A stretch of DNA of 64,000 bases, taken from positions 10,912,001 to 10,976,000 of the forward strand of contig OZ249436.1 in NCBI GenBank assembly GCA_965235115.1, in the 5' to 3' direction. The notes beneath the pieces were generated by a model. The model was given only the letters and a program-made list of their open reading frames with translations. It had not been told where the DNA came from and searched no databases. Numbering within the stretch: position 1 is the stretch's first letter; every line of letters begins with the position of its first letter. Position numbers and translations under genes: made by a program. Positions 12,727-26,160 of the stretch are shown here, in pieces. Source of the DNA: Laetmonice hystrix (taxonomy: Eukaryota).

Positions 12727-15038
12727 CTGAAAAGATAAAAGAGAATTCAGTTTTATGAAAATTAGGGGTCAACTTACGGGTGAAACATATTTTTGAGCGG
12801 GGGGAGTTTAACTTATCCATCTCACCATAACGCGAGAAGATCACAAAAATTCAGTCCCAGCATTTCTCCTCCACTTAGAGCAGAATATAATTAGTCATCT
12901 GACAAGGTCTGATGAAGTCCTTCGTGGGGGAAAAACACCCGAGCTTGGTGCAGACTCGAGAGAATGATTTTACACCTGGTGGTAGGATGCAGAACTAGTG
13001 CGACACCAGGGCCCTCTTCTGTTATTCCGCACTGACGGCTCAAGCCCGTATCACTATTATAATTCTCACATCAATCCCAACACCATTCATTTTTACAATG
13101 TATCTGAATACCACGACGTTGATATATCATTATGTACAAAGTTATGAATGCTGCAGTGTTATCAAAGTAGATTGATTAAATGTCGCTGCTGTCGTAGATC
13201 AGAGACTTCACACTCTAATCACAATATTTCCTCATACCTCTAGATGCCGTTTATTTTTCACGGAAAACCTATATAACATATAGGAATAATTACATGCACA
13301 TTTTTAGCATAGCAAACCGCAGGGGACTTAGCGAACTAAATATATGCAAATAACGGATTTATTGGTAAAGTAACGATAACGTAGGCAATTCTTATACAGT
13401 CGACCCCCGCATTCATGCCCCAGGAATTCGCCATAGACCCCAAGCTTTGACTGCCCCCCCCCCCCCTCCCGGCTACTGAGATTTCATACACCGGCTGATT
13501 TCGTATTTCACTCACTCCAATATCATGCAGGCATGAACAGTTAGATAAAGCGGTTCACCGCCCGATGAAGTTTGGCTGTTCCAGTCAATAGGCCTACCAA
13601 TATGGGGGCCCTAAATTTTTGCTTAAAAACTGACGTGCGTGTCTTGCATGGATTAGTTTGGTGTAGGGGGTTTCCCCACGAGCCTCACCTTGCAGATAGC
13701 ATCCGGTCCGACCGGTAACGGGACAGCCAGTTATAACTTTAATTTTCTATACTTTCACTCACCATTCAACCATGAAATTTTAACATGGTATTACTGAGGA
13801 TAAAATGCAACTTTTTGAGGAATTTAGCATGCCGCTTTAACTTAGATAAAAATATAAACATCCCTTAAAGGGATCCAATTGCATCCACCTTTTCTAGAGA
13901 TAACCTGTCCTGTCTACGCAGAAATATATCATTATTACAACGATCGCCCTCATTATGTGTCAATTTAGCGAAACTGGTGAAGCCAACGTGCCATTTTTCG
14001 TTTGGACGGTGAAAGATGCGATCGGATTTTACCTCGGCTTGTTGGCATTCCTGCCCGAGAGCACCAGAGCACCAGTCCGGCTAAACACCGAAACCGACCG
14101 ACGCTGTACCGAAACCGGGTTTCATGTATAGGACAGGCTACAGGGCGATATTCTACCGAACATGATTGGCATCTGGTCTGAGATCGATGGATGTGTAAAC
14201 ATGCAGGTAGCTATATCGGAAATAAGTGGAATATTTCTAACCTAAGATACAATTGGTTCCCTTAAAATGGTCTGAGGCTGAAGCTGGAGGGAGTTGGGTT
14301 TAAATACATTATAAAAAAGGGGCAGCCAGGTAGAAAAAAATGCCAAAATAATTTATAGTGCCCATCGAATATCAAACACTATGTGCAGATTAGTACAAAA
14401 CACCGATAATTATGCTCATAGTTTGCCAAAATAAAACTTTTCATTGCTTGCTGCACGGCAGGATAAGGCGCACAGCGGCGGCGTAGTGATTATTTGTGGT
14501 GAAATATGCCGTATATTTCAGGGAGGATTATTCGTAATCTGTCCTGTGTGTAAGAATTATTTTATGACTTCACCGCCTTCGTTCTATATTCATACCGTGT
14601 ATTAACAGAATGAATATCGGAATCATGCATGTAGCGGCATAAAATACGTCAATGGTAAGGGAGCATAAATCTTGAGATTCCAGTCACCCCCCCCCCCCCA
14701 ACCCCCCATCCCCGATAGATACCCTTTAAATCTCAGTAGATTCCTTTTTGGGCAGAGTGGTCAACGCTGTGGTCTAAAATTCCATCCATTATACAACATA
14801 TCCACCATTCACCTGACCCCCAGTAGTACGTGGGCTGATTGGGGTTAGTTAGAAAATCCAATCACTCCATTAATTTAAGTGAAAGGTACGGAACCTATAG
14901 GGAATAAAGTAGGCCTACTGAACCAACAACGCCCTCTGTGCTAAAGGCTTTGGCGCCGTCTCACTGCGTATGTCAAGGTTATCTTCCCGAATCTATAGCG
15001 GAATGTACTAAAATATTGTTATTCTTCTAAATACTTAC

Positions 15039-15102
15039 TGGTCAATCCACCACCAGGCAGAAATAACGAAATACGGAGTCCAACATGCTAGGAACACCAG
15101 TA
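15039..15102 (-). CDS. GnRHR: GnRH/AKH/ACP-type GPCR, exon 4 (TM6)
   Basis: Polypyrimidine tract then tttaag|TA CTG; encodes (V)LVFLACWTPYFVISAWWWID with the CWxP motif. Donor CA|GTAAGT, 64 bp, phase 1 to 2. Confidence 0.93.
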
Positions 15103-15687
15103 CTTAAACAAAGACAGAAAAAAAACATGATAGTTCTCTCAGAAAGGACATTTCATCTTGGCGTAGGCCTATCGAATACTCATGAATATTCTCATGACAA
15201 AATATTAATATATTAATATACTGCAAAATCACAAAAAAATGGTTGTGACGGTTAATAACCATGATATTAACACCATACCTTTTGGAGAAAAATCTCCCAT
15301 GTGTCTATTTTAATGGACAGGAGTCTCAGTTAGACTATACAAGAAATAACATTTTTGGTTTTAGACAGAATCAAAATGGTCGCTCTGTATGTAGAAGAAC
15401 AACAACGCAACTGTGTTATAAGTAAGTGGTCATCGTGGAAGAAAATCCAAATGATACACGCTGTCTCAAAAATGATTATACATTTAATTCAAAATGTAAA
15501 TTACGGGGTGATTTTCTGACAGGGATGTCGTCTGGAACCTACGTGATCAAGACCACCGAGGGAAAAAATTGGCAACTGCCGTTGTTGAATGTGAATGAAT
15601 AGGGGAAGGATTGGAACCTGGGATTTGGGTGAGTATATCAACTCCCAACAAAAAAAAGGAGACCGACGAAATAGGAGGTGAGCTTAC

Positions 15688-15798
15688 CCATAACGATGGT
15701 CATTTTCAGTGTTCGTACCCGGGCCTTCTCTATCCTACCAAGCGCTGACCGTCGGAAGATGTGTGCACGGCGAGCCGACCGGTCGCTCGACAGTTGTC
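15688..15798 (-). CDS. GnRHR: GnRH/AKH/ACP-type GPCR, exon 3 (ICL3, start of TM6)
   Basis: accag|GA CAA...; encodes (R)QLSSDRSARRAHIFRRSALGRIEKARVRTLKMTIVM. Donor G|GTAAGC. 111 bp, phase 1 in and out. Not in the ORF track; found by reading the minus strand. Confidence 0.93.
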
Positions 15799-16659
15799 CT
15801 GGTCACACGACAAACACAGAATAATCAGGTCAATATTCCGGCGTCTGACGTGGCCAAACGTTCTAGTTGTAATACAATTAACGTACCCCACGGCCAGCAG
15901 CCATACAATATTTGTTACACCAACGTTGCCCATCCACGCGCACCCATACACATGGCTATCGGGTATAATAAATCACCACCGCTGGGCAGTCATGGAAGCC
16001 GAACCAAAAATGAGAAAGAATCGTCCGATATTCAGGTGAAAAACAACTTTATCCTGTTCTTATTACAGGACTGCCTATAGAAGTGTCGTTTTCAGTCCAC
16101 AAGTGTTTATTGGATCATGATACGGCATGCGTCAATCGTAATGTATTCGGTGAAATCTACTTCATTACACATCCTCCATATATTGTAGAATTTCTCTCTG
16201 CCGTAAATTTAAGGACTGACAGCAGTGACTAAAGCTGCATGTTTTTTTTAAACGACTTCTGATGATGCATCTCCTGGCCAATGCTGTTTGGGGACATTTC
16301 CCCCATGATTATTGATATCCTTCTCTCGTGCCGTTTTCAACTATAGCAGTGACTCCCTCCAAAGTTAAGTATCAGTTACGGCGTAGTCCACAAACAAATC
16401 TATGAGCTTGCCTTCTGATCATGAGCATGATATTTCCTATTTCCATGTTAAGCGATCTATTCGTGCTTCAACTATTAACTTCTTCTGAGGAGACGGCAGT
16501 CCGAACTGACAGGCATTTCGCTATCTGACTTTATTTAATGCTATTCTATCGACTCCTGAAGGTCGCACCCTTGAAAACGGTTACCATGACCACGGATGTC
16601 CACTTCCACGAGACACCCCCCCCCCTTCCGAAATCCTTGATATACACGTGGATGTAGGT

Positions 16660-17540
16660 GTACACTCATGCCCAGAACCTCTTCCCGTCCCCCCGTCCAA
16701 TATTGTATGTATTATGTACACTCATGTCCAGAACCTCTTCCCGTCCCCCGTCCAATATTGTATGTATTATGTACACTCATGTCCAGAACCTCTTCCCGTC
16801 CCCCGTCCAATATTGTATGTATTATGTACACTCATGTCCAGAACCTCTTCCCGTCCCCCCGTCCAATATTGTGTACACTTATGTCCAGAACCTCTCCCGT
16901 CCCCCCGTCCAATATTGTGTACACTCATGTCCAGAACCTCTCCCGTCCCCCCGTCCAATATTGTATGTATTATGTACACTCATGTCCAGAACCTCTTCCC
17001 GTCCCCCCGTCCAATATTGTATGTATTATGTACACTCATGTCCAGAACCTCTTCCCGTCCCCCCGTCCAATATTGTATGTATTATGTACACTCATGTCCA
17101 GAACCTCTTCCCGTCCCCCCGTCCAATATTGTATGTATTATGTACACTCATGTCCAGAACCTCTTCCCGTCCCCCGTCCAATATTGTATGTATTATGTAC
17201 ACTCATGTCCAGAACCTCTTCCCGTCCCCCGTCCAATATTGTATGTATTATGTACACTCATGTCCAGAACCTCTTCCCGTCCCCCGTCCAATATTGTATG
17301 TATTATGTACACTCATGTCCAGAACCTCTTCCCGTCCCCCCGTCCAATATTGTGTACACTTATGTCCAGAACCTCTTCCCGTCCCCCCGTCCAATATTGT
17401 GTACACTTATGTCCAGAACCTCTTCCCGTCCCCCCGTCCAATATTGTGTACACTTATGTCCAGAACCTCTTCCCGTCCCCCCGTCCAATATTGTGTACAC
17501 TTATGTCCAGAACCTCTTCCCGTCCCCCGTCCAATATTGT
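16660..17540. repeat. minisatellite with 55-56 bp and 46-47 bp variants, about 17 copies
   Basis: Unit GTACACTCATGTCCAGAACCTCTTCCCGTCCCCC(C)GTCCAATATTGT[ATGTATTAT]; explains the three overlapping 294-344 aa ORFs. Confidence 0.95.
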
Positions 17541-18423
17541 AGCGGTTATTGAACAAGAAGATATAAACTGCCCCCTGGCTGCATTGCGAACGATGGGAAG
17601 CATCGTTCGCGGAAGGCTACAAAACATCAGAACGAGTTATTCCAGATTGTATCTCGCTGCAGAGGTTGAGAAATGTGTGTAGTGGGACGACGGCCCAGAC
17701 GCCCATCCCGACGAGAGTTATACTGGCGCTTCGGGTGTGTTTGCCATTATGCTGAGGACTTTGTAAACGACCTAAGTAAGTCCCATCGGCCAAGAAATGA
17801 AGCAGTGTGACATAGCAATTGAGAGTATAATATGCACTGCAGCAGTGGGGGCAACACCAGCAGATGTGCCTCCAACACCTACATTATCGCTACAGAAATT
17901 TGTGGGTGTGGATACTGCCCGGAAAAATAGGTGTCGAAAAAGGAAAGGAGTGGGTGGCCCCCCAAAAAAAACGCCCGAGCATACTTAGGCTACCTTATTC
18001 CCCAAACTGTTGATATATATGGATGGGGAATCTTCTTAGGAGGAGAATGACACCTTGATCAATTGATTCGGTTGAGTAGTTTTGAGTGTAGAGCCTTTTA
18101 TGTAAAGCAAGGTCCAGGGGTTCGAGTGATCAAGTTTAGCGGAAGTGATTTCAATAATCATTAGTTATTGATTTTAAACAAATGGTCTGCACCCCCATGG
18201 AAAACCAACCCTTAGAGCCAGCCTATTATGCACCTGTGATTATGTAATACCTAATCCCTTCTGCCCCTTATTATTGATTATGAGTAAAGGCGATGTTATG
18301 GTTCATTGTTGGACTAACCTGTTGTTTGTCACCTGAAGCAAATTTCATTATGACCTTGCTTCACAAAAATGGCTCCAACACCATAACCACTCATCCGTTT
18401 AGGGTGCTCTTGGTGTCATTCTT

Positions 18424-19430
18424 ACTGATCGGATTGATAGGTACTTTACGCCCAAGAAACAGTCAGAGGTCAATTTGACTGATCGGATTGATAGGTACTT
18501 TACGCCCAAGAAACAGTCAGAGGTCAATTTGACTGATCGGATTGATAGGTAGGCCTACTTTACACCCAAGAAACAGTCAGAGGTCAATTTGACTGATCGG
18601 ATTGATAGGTACTTTACGCCCAAGAAACAGTCAGAGGTCAATTTGACTGATCGGATTGATAGGTAGGCCTACTTTACACCCAAGAAACAGTCAGAGGTCA
18701 ATTTGACTAATCGGATTGATAGGTACTTTACGCCCAAGAAACAGTCAGAGGTCAATTTGACTAATCGGATTGATAGGTACTTTACGCCCAAGAAACGATC
18801 AGAGGTCAATTTGACTAATCGGATTGATAGGTACTTTACGCCCAAGAAACAGTCAGAGGTCAATTTGACTGATCGGATTGTTAGGTACTTTACGCCCAAG
18901 AAACAGTCAGAGGTCAATTTGACTGATCGGATTGATAGGTAGGCCTACTTTACACCCAAGAAACAGTCAGAGGTCAATTTGACTAATCGGATTGATAGGT
19001 ACTTTACGCCCAAGAAACAGTCAGATGTCAATTTGACTAATCGGATTGATAGGTACTTTACGCCCAAGAAACGATCAGAGGTCAATTTGACTAATCGGAT
19101 TGATAGGTACTTTACGCCCAAGAAACAGTCAGAGGTCAATTTCACTGATCGGATTGTTAGGTACTTTACGCCCAAGAAACAGTCAGAAGTCAATTTGACT
19201 GATCGGATTGATAGGTAGGCCTACTTTACACCCAAGAAACAGTCAGAGGTCAATTTGACTGATCGGATTGATAGGTACTTCACGCCCAAGAAACAGTCAG
19301 AAGTCAATTTGACTGATCGGATTGATAGGTAGGCCTGCTTTACACCCAAGAAAGAGTCAGAGGTCAATTTGACTGATCGGATTGATAGGTACTTCACGCC
19401 CAAGAAACAATCAGAGGTCAATTTTACTGA
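18424..19430. repeat. 54-bp minisatellite with 276-bp higher-order repeat
   Basis: Unit TGACTGATCGGATTGATAGGTACTTTACGCCCAAGAAACAGTCAGAGGTCAATT; periodic 60-bp variant with a TAGGCC insertion. ORF-track entries 18669 and 18945 are identical and 276 bp apart. Confidence 0.95.
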
Positions 19431-22003
19431 AAATAAAAGATGGAACAAACTCGAACACCACAATTAGCCCCTTGCCGCAAGTACATTTCTTATATATAAT
19501 ATATTATATATATCTTATATATAATATATTATGAAATATGAAGGGGAATCAACCCCATAAGTTAGAGACCAGTGATCACCGGCCAGGGGACAAACATCGT
19601 AAATGGATCAGCATATTTTTATCCCAAAGTCGGGGTGGATGCCGGGGTCAAGTTCCAGCGGAAGAGTGATACCTGCTTTGGATGGCGAGTCATACTGCAG
19701 TAAATGATAAACAAATCTTTTTAAACAACCAACGTCTAACTTGATGCCCTAATGTTAGTAGACACGAAGTAGGTCGGGCCTATAGTTTGTCTCAGAATCG
19801 CTTCATTAGCGAGAACAAAATCTTAAGTGGAGCCTACATCCGGTCGCTGGCTATGTGTACATTATGCAGTCACTGACACCGACGGGAAGGCGGGCCCATG
19901 TCGTAGAGTTACGAACGCCCAGGAGGGACATTCGGAGTAGATGTATTCACAGCTTCTGTTTGAATCATTGACTGAGTGCTCGCCCCGTGTTGATTGGTCT
20001 CTTCATGAGGTGCAGCACTGCTTATATAGTGGCAGGCAATGGTTCACAACCGATCCCGCTCAGCAATGACCGGGCTGCGTCGCCCCCCAAAAGTCTCGTC
20101 TCTCACACAAATGAGGCAATTCCCGCTCTAACAATATGTATAGGACGGGGCAAAGAAAAACACTTACAATTACCTATCTCCTTTATTTGGGCGCCCCTTT
20201 AATTGTCAAAACAACCGAAAGCCAAATGCAACTTCGGATAGTATGGGTTCCTGTCCATCAGTAGGCTAACTGGTTATCTTAAAAAGAACGCGTCTATTTA
20301 GTAAAAGGAAAGCAGAGGAACTCTACACTCCAAGACCTCTGCCTTTCACTCTTTTTAAGATGTGCAGGAATGGGAATATAGTATTAAACAGATGTCACAT
20401 GGCAGTACGGGACCTGCGCTGTGCGGACAATAAAAACATATCTGGGCCGCTCGGAAGGACTTATCCATAAATGGACCAGGTAGGTTCCAGTATTTGCAAT
20501 TAGGCCTACCTGCGCTGGGTAAGTACAGTACTTAGCGTACCCAGGGGGGGGGGGGTGCTTGGGTTGCTCAAGCACCGTGACCCCCCTCAATTTGCCCATT
20601 TTTTTTGGTTTGCGCTTGTTGCCCACAGCCCCCTCCCAATTTGCAGCGCCTACGACGTTGGTTATTTCCAAGAACCCCCTGGGTCCAGTTTCTGGGTACG
20701 CCAGGCCCCCCTACCATATACAAACAGAAGTACTGATAGGCTAGGCTATACCAGAGCTGAAATCGTTAACAACAATAAAGGCTAACTGCTTCACGGCCGT
20801 TTGCTTCCGATTGTATCTGGCTCCAGTTCTCCTTACAATCTCCCCCGAGTCTGCTGTGGCATTTCCCGAGCCCCTTATCAACTCAGTCAGAAAGCTGTGA
20901 TGTGTCTGAACAAGTCACTGAATGGCCGTGACGTCACCAAATGAGCGATAAAAAGTGTAAGGTAAGGGTTAGGGTTAGGATTAGCATCTTTTATCGCTCA
21001 TTATGACGTCGCGACCATTCGGCGACTGGAGCCGATGTGTCCTGAACGATTGGCCTAGCGCAGTGAAGAGGTTATACAGCTGATTGGCATGCGGTCAAGG
21101 CTGAATGCCTCGTCAGTATAGAAAGAAGTGTAGTGTCATCATTAGTGTAATCGTGTTCACTGGTAGCGCCGCCTCAGAAAGGTCCTTGAGATCCTGACGG
21201 CACGATGGCCAGGCCCGGGCGTGTTTTGATCCCTATAATGTCGGGCATGAGTCAGACAGGCGCCACAAAATATCGTCCATATACCCATGATGTGCCGCGA
21301 GCTGCTTCCAAAGCTGTTGATATCTGCAATCGTTATCTCTATGATCTAATATACGAAAGAGATGCTCTATTCATTATTAAGGCACTAGACGCGAGTGGTA
21401 TGGTTCCCATTTTACCATCTGTCTCCTCATTTTACCATGCAGACACGGTAGATCTATAGTTAAAGGCTGGGCATGTTTTCCTTGTGAAAAGGTGTCCGAT
21501 GATATGTCAATCAATTACGGGGCCGTAACCAGGCGATACTGTTCGTGGACAGGCGCCATAAAGTCGTCGATTCACGTGTTTTATCTCCTGTTATCTAATG
21601 GACTGATTCCATGTCTTCCTCACTCACGTCCATTCATGATGTCGCAACAAAACCTCTTTACCACGCTCAATTTGGGTAGGAATGCTTTTGTGAAAATAAA
21701 TAATCAAATACTCTACACAATGTTATCACCGGTATAATCATCATATTTCACTTTGGGCGATACATATATTTCATAAACATAAACTTATGTAGCATTATTG
21801 TATTGTTGCATTATCATTAGACTCTATACCATAGGCCTAGCAAATTCAGATACTCGCTTATCCGTAATCAGGAATAATGTGTTTATGCTATAAGACTATG
21901 CATCGACAGAAAACAATACGCCTATATGTACATTCTGCTATTAGAATTACATGTATATATAGTAGCAATCTCGCTTATAAATAAATCTCCCCGTTATACT
22001 CAC

Positions 22004-22208
22004 TTTTACCTTCTCGAGATCTCTTCGTCATCTCGTAGAGAATAAGGGAGTATGCGACCACTATGACGGTGAGGGGGGCCACGTACATGGCGGTTACGTT
22101 GAAAAGATTGTAGGCAAGCTCGTGGGAAGGGCTCGGGAAAAAGTTGAACGTAACACATTGGGTAAACCACTTGAAACGGGGATGTACCTCCACATGGAAG
22201 ATGACACT
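22004..22208 (-). CDS. GnRHR: GnRH/AKH/ACP-type GPCR, exon 2 (ECL2-TM5)
   Basis: Acceptor tttcag|AGT. Encodes SVIFHVEVHPRFKWFTQCVTFNFFPSPSHELAYNLFNVTAMYVAPLTVIVVAYSLIL. The FHVExHP..QCVTFNFF pattern is typical of GnRH/AKH/ACP rather than corazonin receptors. Donor A|GTGAGT, 205 bp, phase 1. Confidence 0.95.
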
Positions 22209-23835
22209 CTGAAAGATAATTATGAAGTTTTTTATGCATGGTTTGTTAGTCATCTTTCTTATGCTTCTTCAAGGTATTGAATATTTATTAAACACTTCAC
22301 CAATACGTCACAACAAATCACGTTATCTAACCGTCGAGGTTCAAGATGTCTTTTAATATGATGTAAAATATGATATAACAGTTAATGAGCTAGCTGAAAG
22401 ATTTTCACGAATACTATTGTCGTAATTCTCAGGGTGACTTGAACTCGGTGTTGGTTTAAGCACCTGCTCTTCCATTAAAACCTCAAAGGCCGATGTGGTA
22501 TTATAAAAAAAAGAATTCCAAAACACATCAGTGTAGATATATCTTACGATAAGAATAAACGTCATTCAAATAAGCTGCTCTTTTTTTCGGGAACCGACCA
22601 CGTATTACTGCGACCGGTATGACGCAAACTTCCTTTCCCGGATATTTGAAAAGGCCGCTTGCATTTACTGCCACCGGCTTTCCTTCGCTGCCACCGGTAG
22701 CTGTTTGTCCGACGAAATGCTTCCTTTATGCCCCACGATTGAGATGGATGTATAATTGAGGGTTGATGAATGACTCCACCCCGGGCGAACGTCGCACAGG
22801 AAAGCCACTGCTTTAAACGGCGACCGTCGTAAGTCATTACAGTGACATCTATACTGGCGGTAATCCAAGCTCCGACGTTACCAAATACATACGTACTGAG
22901 GCTCAGATTAGGGTCACTTTCCTGGGCCGAGAAATACCTGCATATCACCCTCTTACTCCTACAGTCGGCCTCAATATTATCTTTGAAACACAAAGATCTG
23001 CAGCCACAGATCATTGTCCTGTCTCTTCTGGGCTTTGTGGCGTTGGCCCATGCATCTTTTTATAGTATAGTATGTACGTAGCTTTAAACTTTATTAAATG
23101 CGGGCATGCCACAAACATTTGTGGAAATTGCAACTTGTCTAAAACTATCTAGCATGATTTGAGGCTATCGCAAAGCATTTAATGGCATATAGGCCTCATC
23201 CAGACATGGTAACAGAGAACGAACCTTTTTTTGATCGCAATTTTTCGTCCGGAAGACCCATCGATAGTTTCTCTCAATCATGCATTACCTACCATGCAGA
23301 CCACATTCTTTGATGTAGATATTTCTTCGGTCTCTTTCAAAACCTTCGCAAACTAGAAACTTAGACCAAAAGGATCTCTAAAAATGGTATCTATAAAATC
23401 TCTGGAAGTATGCTAAGCTCTGGATAAGATAAGATAAAAATAAAGCGCTCAATAAACAAACTTACATGAAGTTGCGAGAACTAGCAGGTCAAAGTTATAA
23501 AGGCAGGTCGAGAAGACAAAGGAATGCTGACGACGGAAACCTTTTCTTGCCGACTTTAATGTCACTGGACCGGCTTTGCCTACGGCTTTGTTCCGACACC
23601 AGGCAAGGTAGACAGCAGTCGTTAGAGGCGATGGCAAGACTGCCATAAAAAAAATCTACTATACCGGAGCCAGGCTGCCGCCAGACGTGCCGAAAGGGTG
23701 CTGAAAGATAACTAACTGCCTGTTCCCAAGGGAACTATACACCTTGCCCGTCCTGTGTTTTTTCTCTGCAGTCATGATTCTGGCGACGAACCCACTGTCA
23801 GGACGAGGCTCTTGGTACTGCAATATACCTTCTTC

Positions 23836-23933
23836 TTCTGCTCTTCTTCTTGCTCTTCTGCTATTCTTATCCCTGCTCTTCTTGCTCTTCTTCTTCTTCT
23901 TCTTCTTCTTCTTCTTCTTCTTTTTCTTCTTCA
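23836..23933. repeat. (CTT)n/(GAA)n microsatellite
   Basis: Degenerate then pure CTT run. Possibly the (GAA)n tail of a truncated non-LTR element on the minus strand, but no RT motif was recognised. Confidence 0.85.
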
Positions 23934-24506
23934 ACTACGGTGGCCCAGAAGTACAAACTGCTATCCTTCATACATTCAAAGCGAAATCCATTGTTTCAGT
24001 GGAGTTCCTGGCATTCACACTGCAATTACTGGCCTTGACAGGCCATTCCTTCGCTAGGGAACTCACTGCGAAGGCAACAAATCTGACTCAAGTGAAGGAA
24101 TTTCCTGTGAATATTTTTTCAAATTGTGTTCCCTTCTGATTTTACTCGGTCGGGATATGAATAGTAGGCCGTTAGAGTTTTACCTACATCACTACTGTGC
24201 CCTGACCATGAACAAATCTGTGCCGTCTATACTATACAATAGGCCTAAGCCTATACTGCGCCACTGTTACCGGAGTCGGAAACTCTACATGTGCCACCTG
24301 TAAACGTAATCTACCGGCTTCTGCGGTCGCATTTCCTCCCAGGCATACAGTGCGGAAAGGTCTCGGCGAGCTCTCTCAATGGTTGTTAGGATGAGATGAC
24401 CGATTGATCAAAATTAGCGGTATATCGGTCACCAATATAAAGACAGCTCCGGATCAGGCGTTCTGTGTGGCGGCTCGTCGATGGCGTGGTGCTGAGACGT
24501 AGTATA

Positions 24507-24866
24507 CAGGGGGAGTCAAAAAAACTATACACTCACAAATAGGGTGATGAATGAGAGATTTGGCAAAATCAGGACAATGTAGTAATTGGGTCAGAAAGAG
24601 TAACTCTTGCGCGTCAATTTGATAGTTGATCCACTCCGATGCGACCAGTAATAAAGAAATACTTGCCATTTTTCAAAAAAAACACGAAAATACCACTTTA
24701 TAAGTATTTCTTTATTATTGGTCGCATCTTCAGCGAATCAACCACCAAATTGAAGCACAAGAGTTAGATCTACTCTTCCCATACCAATTACTACATTGTC
24801 CTGATTTTGCCAAATCGCTGATTCATCGCCCTATTTGTGAGTGTATAGTTTTTTTGACTCACCCCG
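24507..24866. mobile_element. Tc1/mariner-type MITE
   Basis: About 85-bp TIRs (C(A/G)GGG(G/T)GAGTCAAAAAAACTATACACTCACAAATAGGG...GTAATTGG), flanked by TA on both sides. Confidence 0.8.
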
Positions 24867-26160
24867 TAGTGTCTTGGCGCTAGACTCCCGGAAACATGTC
24901 CCTTAAAGATACGGAAAGACAAGTTGATTTTTCACTGAAATTTCTCCCAGAAGTTTGGGGTGTTCCTTTATACATAGACCTTTTCATCCGTGGCACTATT
25001 TTACCTTTAATAAGTCTCTATTCGCCCGTGAGTCACAAATTCTGAGCTGGCCAGGTCTAACGGAATCTCATTCGCTACGATTGAACTTGTTCTGTTAACA
25101 TTCTCCCCGTGCTGCAGAACTCGGTTGCCCAGTGCATGATGGGAGAAAACGAGACAGCTGCTCAATCGGTTGGCGTTCTTTTGGGGACGCAAAAGTTCCG
25201 TTGTAACGGGTACCTCTTATTTTGATCAGATTATCTAATTGCGGATTATATATTGGCGCCTTTTGGGTCAATTTACATCAAATAAACCTCCGGTGAAAAT
25301 AGGTGGTATACCCGTTACAATGGAACTTTCGCGTCCGGTCCGTTAATCCGGATCGCAACTAGAATCACATTTTCTTTTCTCTCGGTGGATGAACCATAAT
25401 TTATACGTTGACCTGAGTTTTTATACGAATTCTCAAAGCCTGACAAGTGCGTCTGGCCAAAAATATCCTTAGATAACCTAAATTTATAGTTTGACCCAAT
25501 ACCACTACAGAAAAAGTGAACTGCTGGTGAAGTTAGAACGATCAAGATACGACGAATGGTCCTCGGGAGTGGGATCTCCCCTCCGCCACCTTCGGCCCGG
25601 AAAGTTGGACACCGGGGTCGTGTCTATACGGACTTATCTACCAAACAGAGCACAAGGGTCCTCTTCGTCTTCGTCTAGACACTAAAGCAAGGCCCACACT
25701 GACGCGAAAATCCGTAGGCGAGCGGAAAAAATTCATCCGCGCGCGGAAATTGCACTTCTGCATGTACATCCGCGCCAGTGTGTTCGTGTCATGCGGGCGG
25801 AAATATGGACAGAGCAGGCAGCGTGGTCTATGCGGAATCGCATGGCATCCGCGTGGCCATGCGGAAATATCTATAAAAAAATTTTAGATATTTCCGCCTG
25901 TCTCGTGCGGAAATTTTGTCGCGAAGCCATGAATAGGGGTCTGGAGGCCCTCCCCCAGAAAAAAAAGAAAATTACAGTGCACCCCCCCCCGGGAAAAATT
26001 CACTCCCACCGATCAGTGAGGGCATTATTTCCGTCCGCCTTAAAAAAAATCATTCGAGTTCTGTGTGGGCAACTTCCTCGCCCCTTCACGCGGGCGAAAA
26101 TGTTTAGCAAATTCGCGTGCGGATGTATTAAATTCACTCGCACGCGTGGAAATTTCGTCC

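Noticed and set aside
16648-17682. Three long ORFs (294-344 aa) with Cys/Pro/Tyr repeats
   Set aside because: All three frames are open because the minisatellite unit lacks stops on this strand; no splice or codon evidence, and it lies antisense within the receptor intron.
18424-19430. Regular repeat array resembling CRISPR
   Set aside because: Units are contiguous with no unique spacers, there are no cas genes, and the context is eukaryotic.
23659-24139. Poly-Lys, poly-Phe and poly-Ser ORFs
   Set aside because: Translations of the (CTT)n microsatellite.
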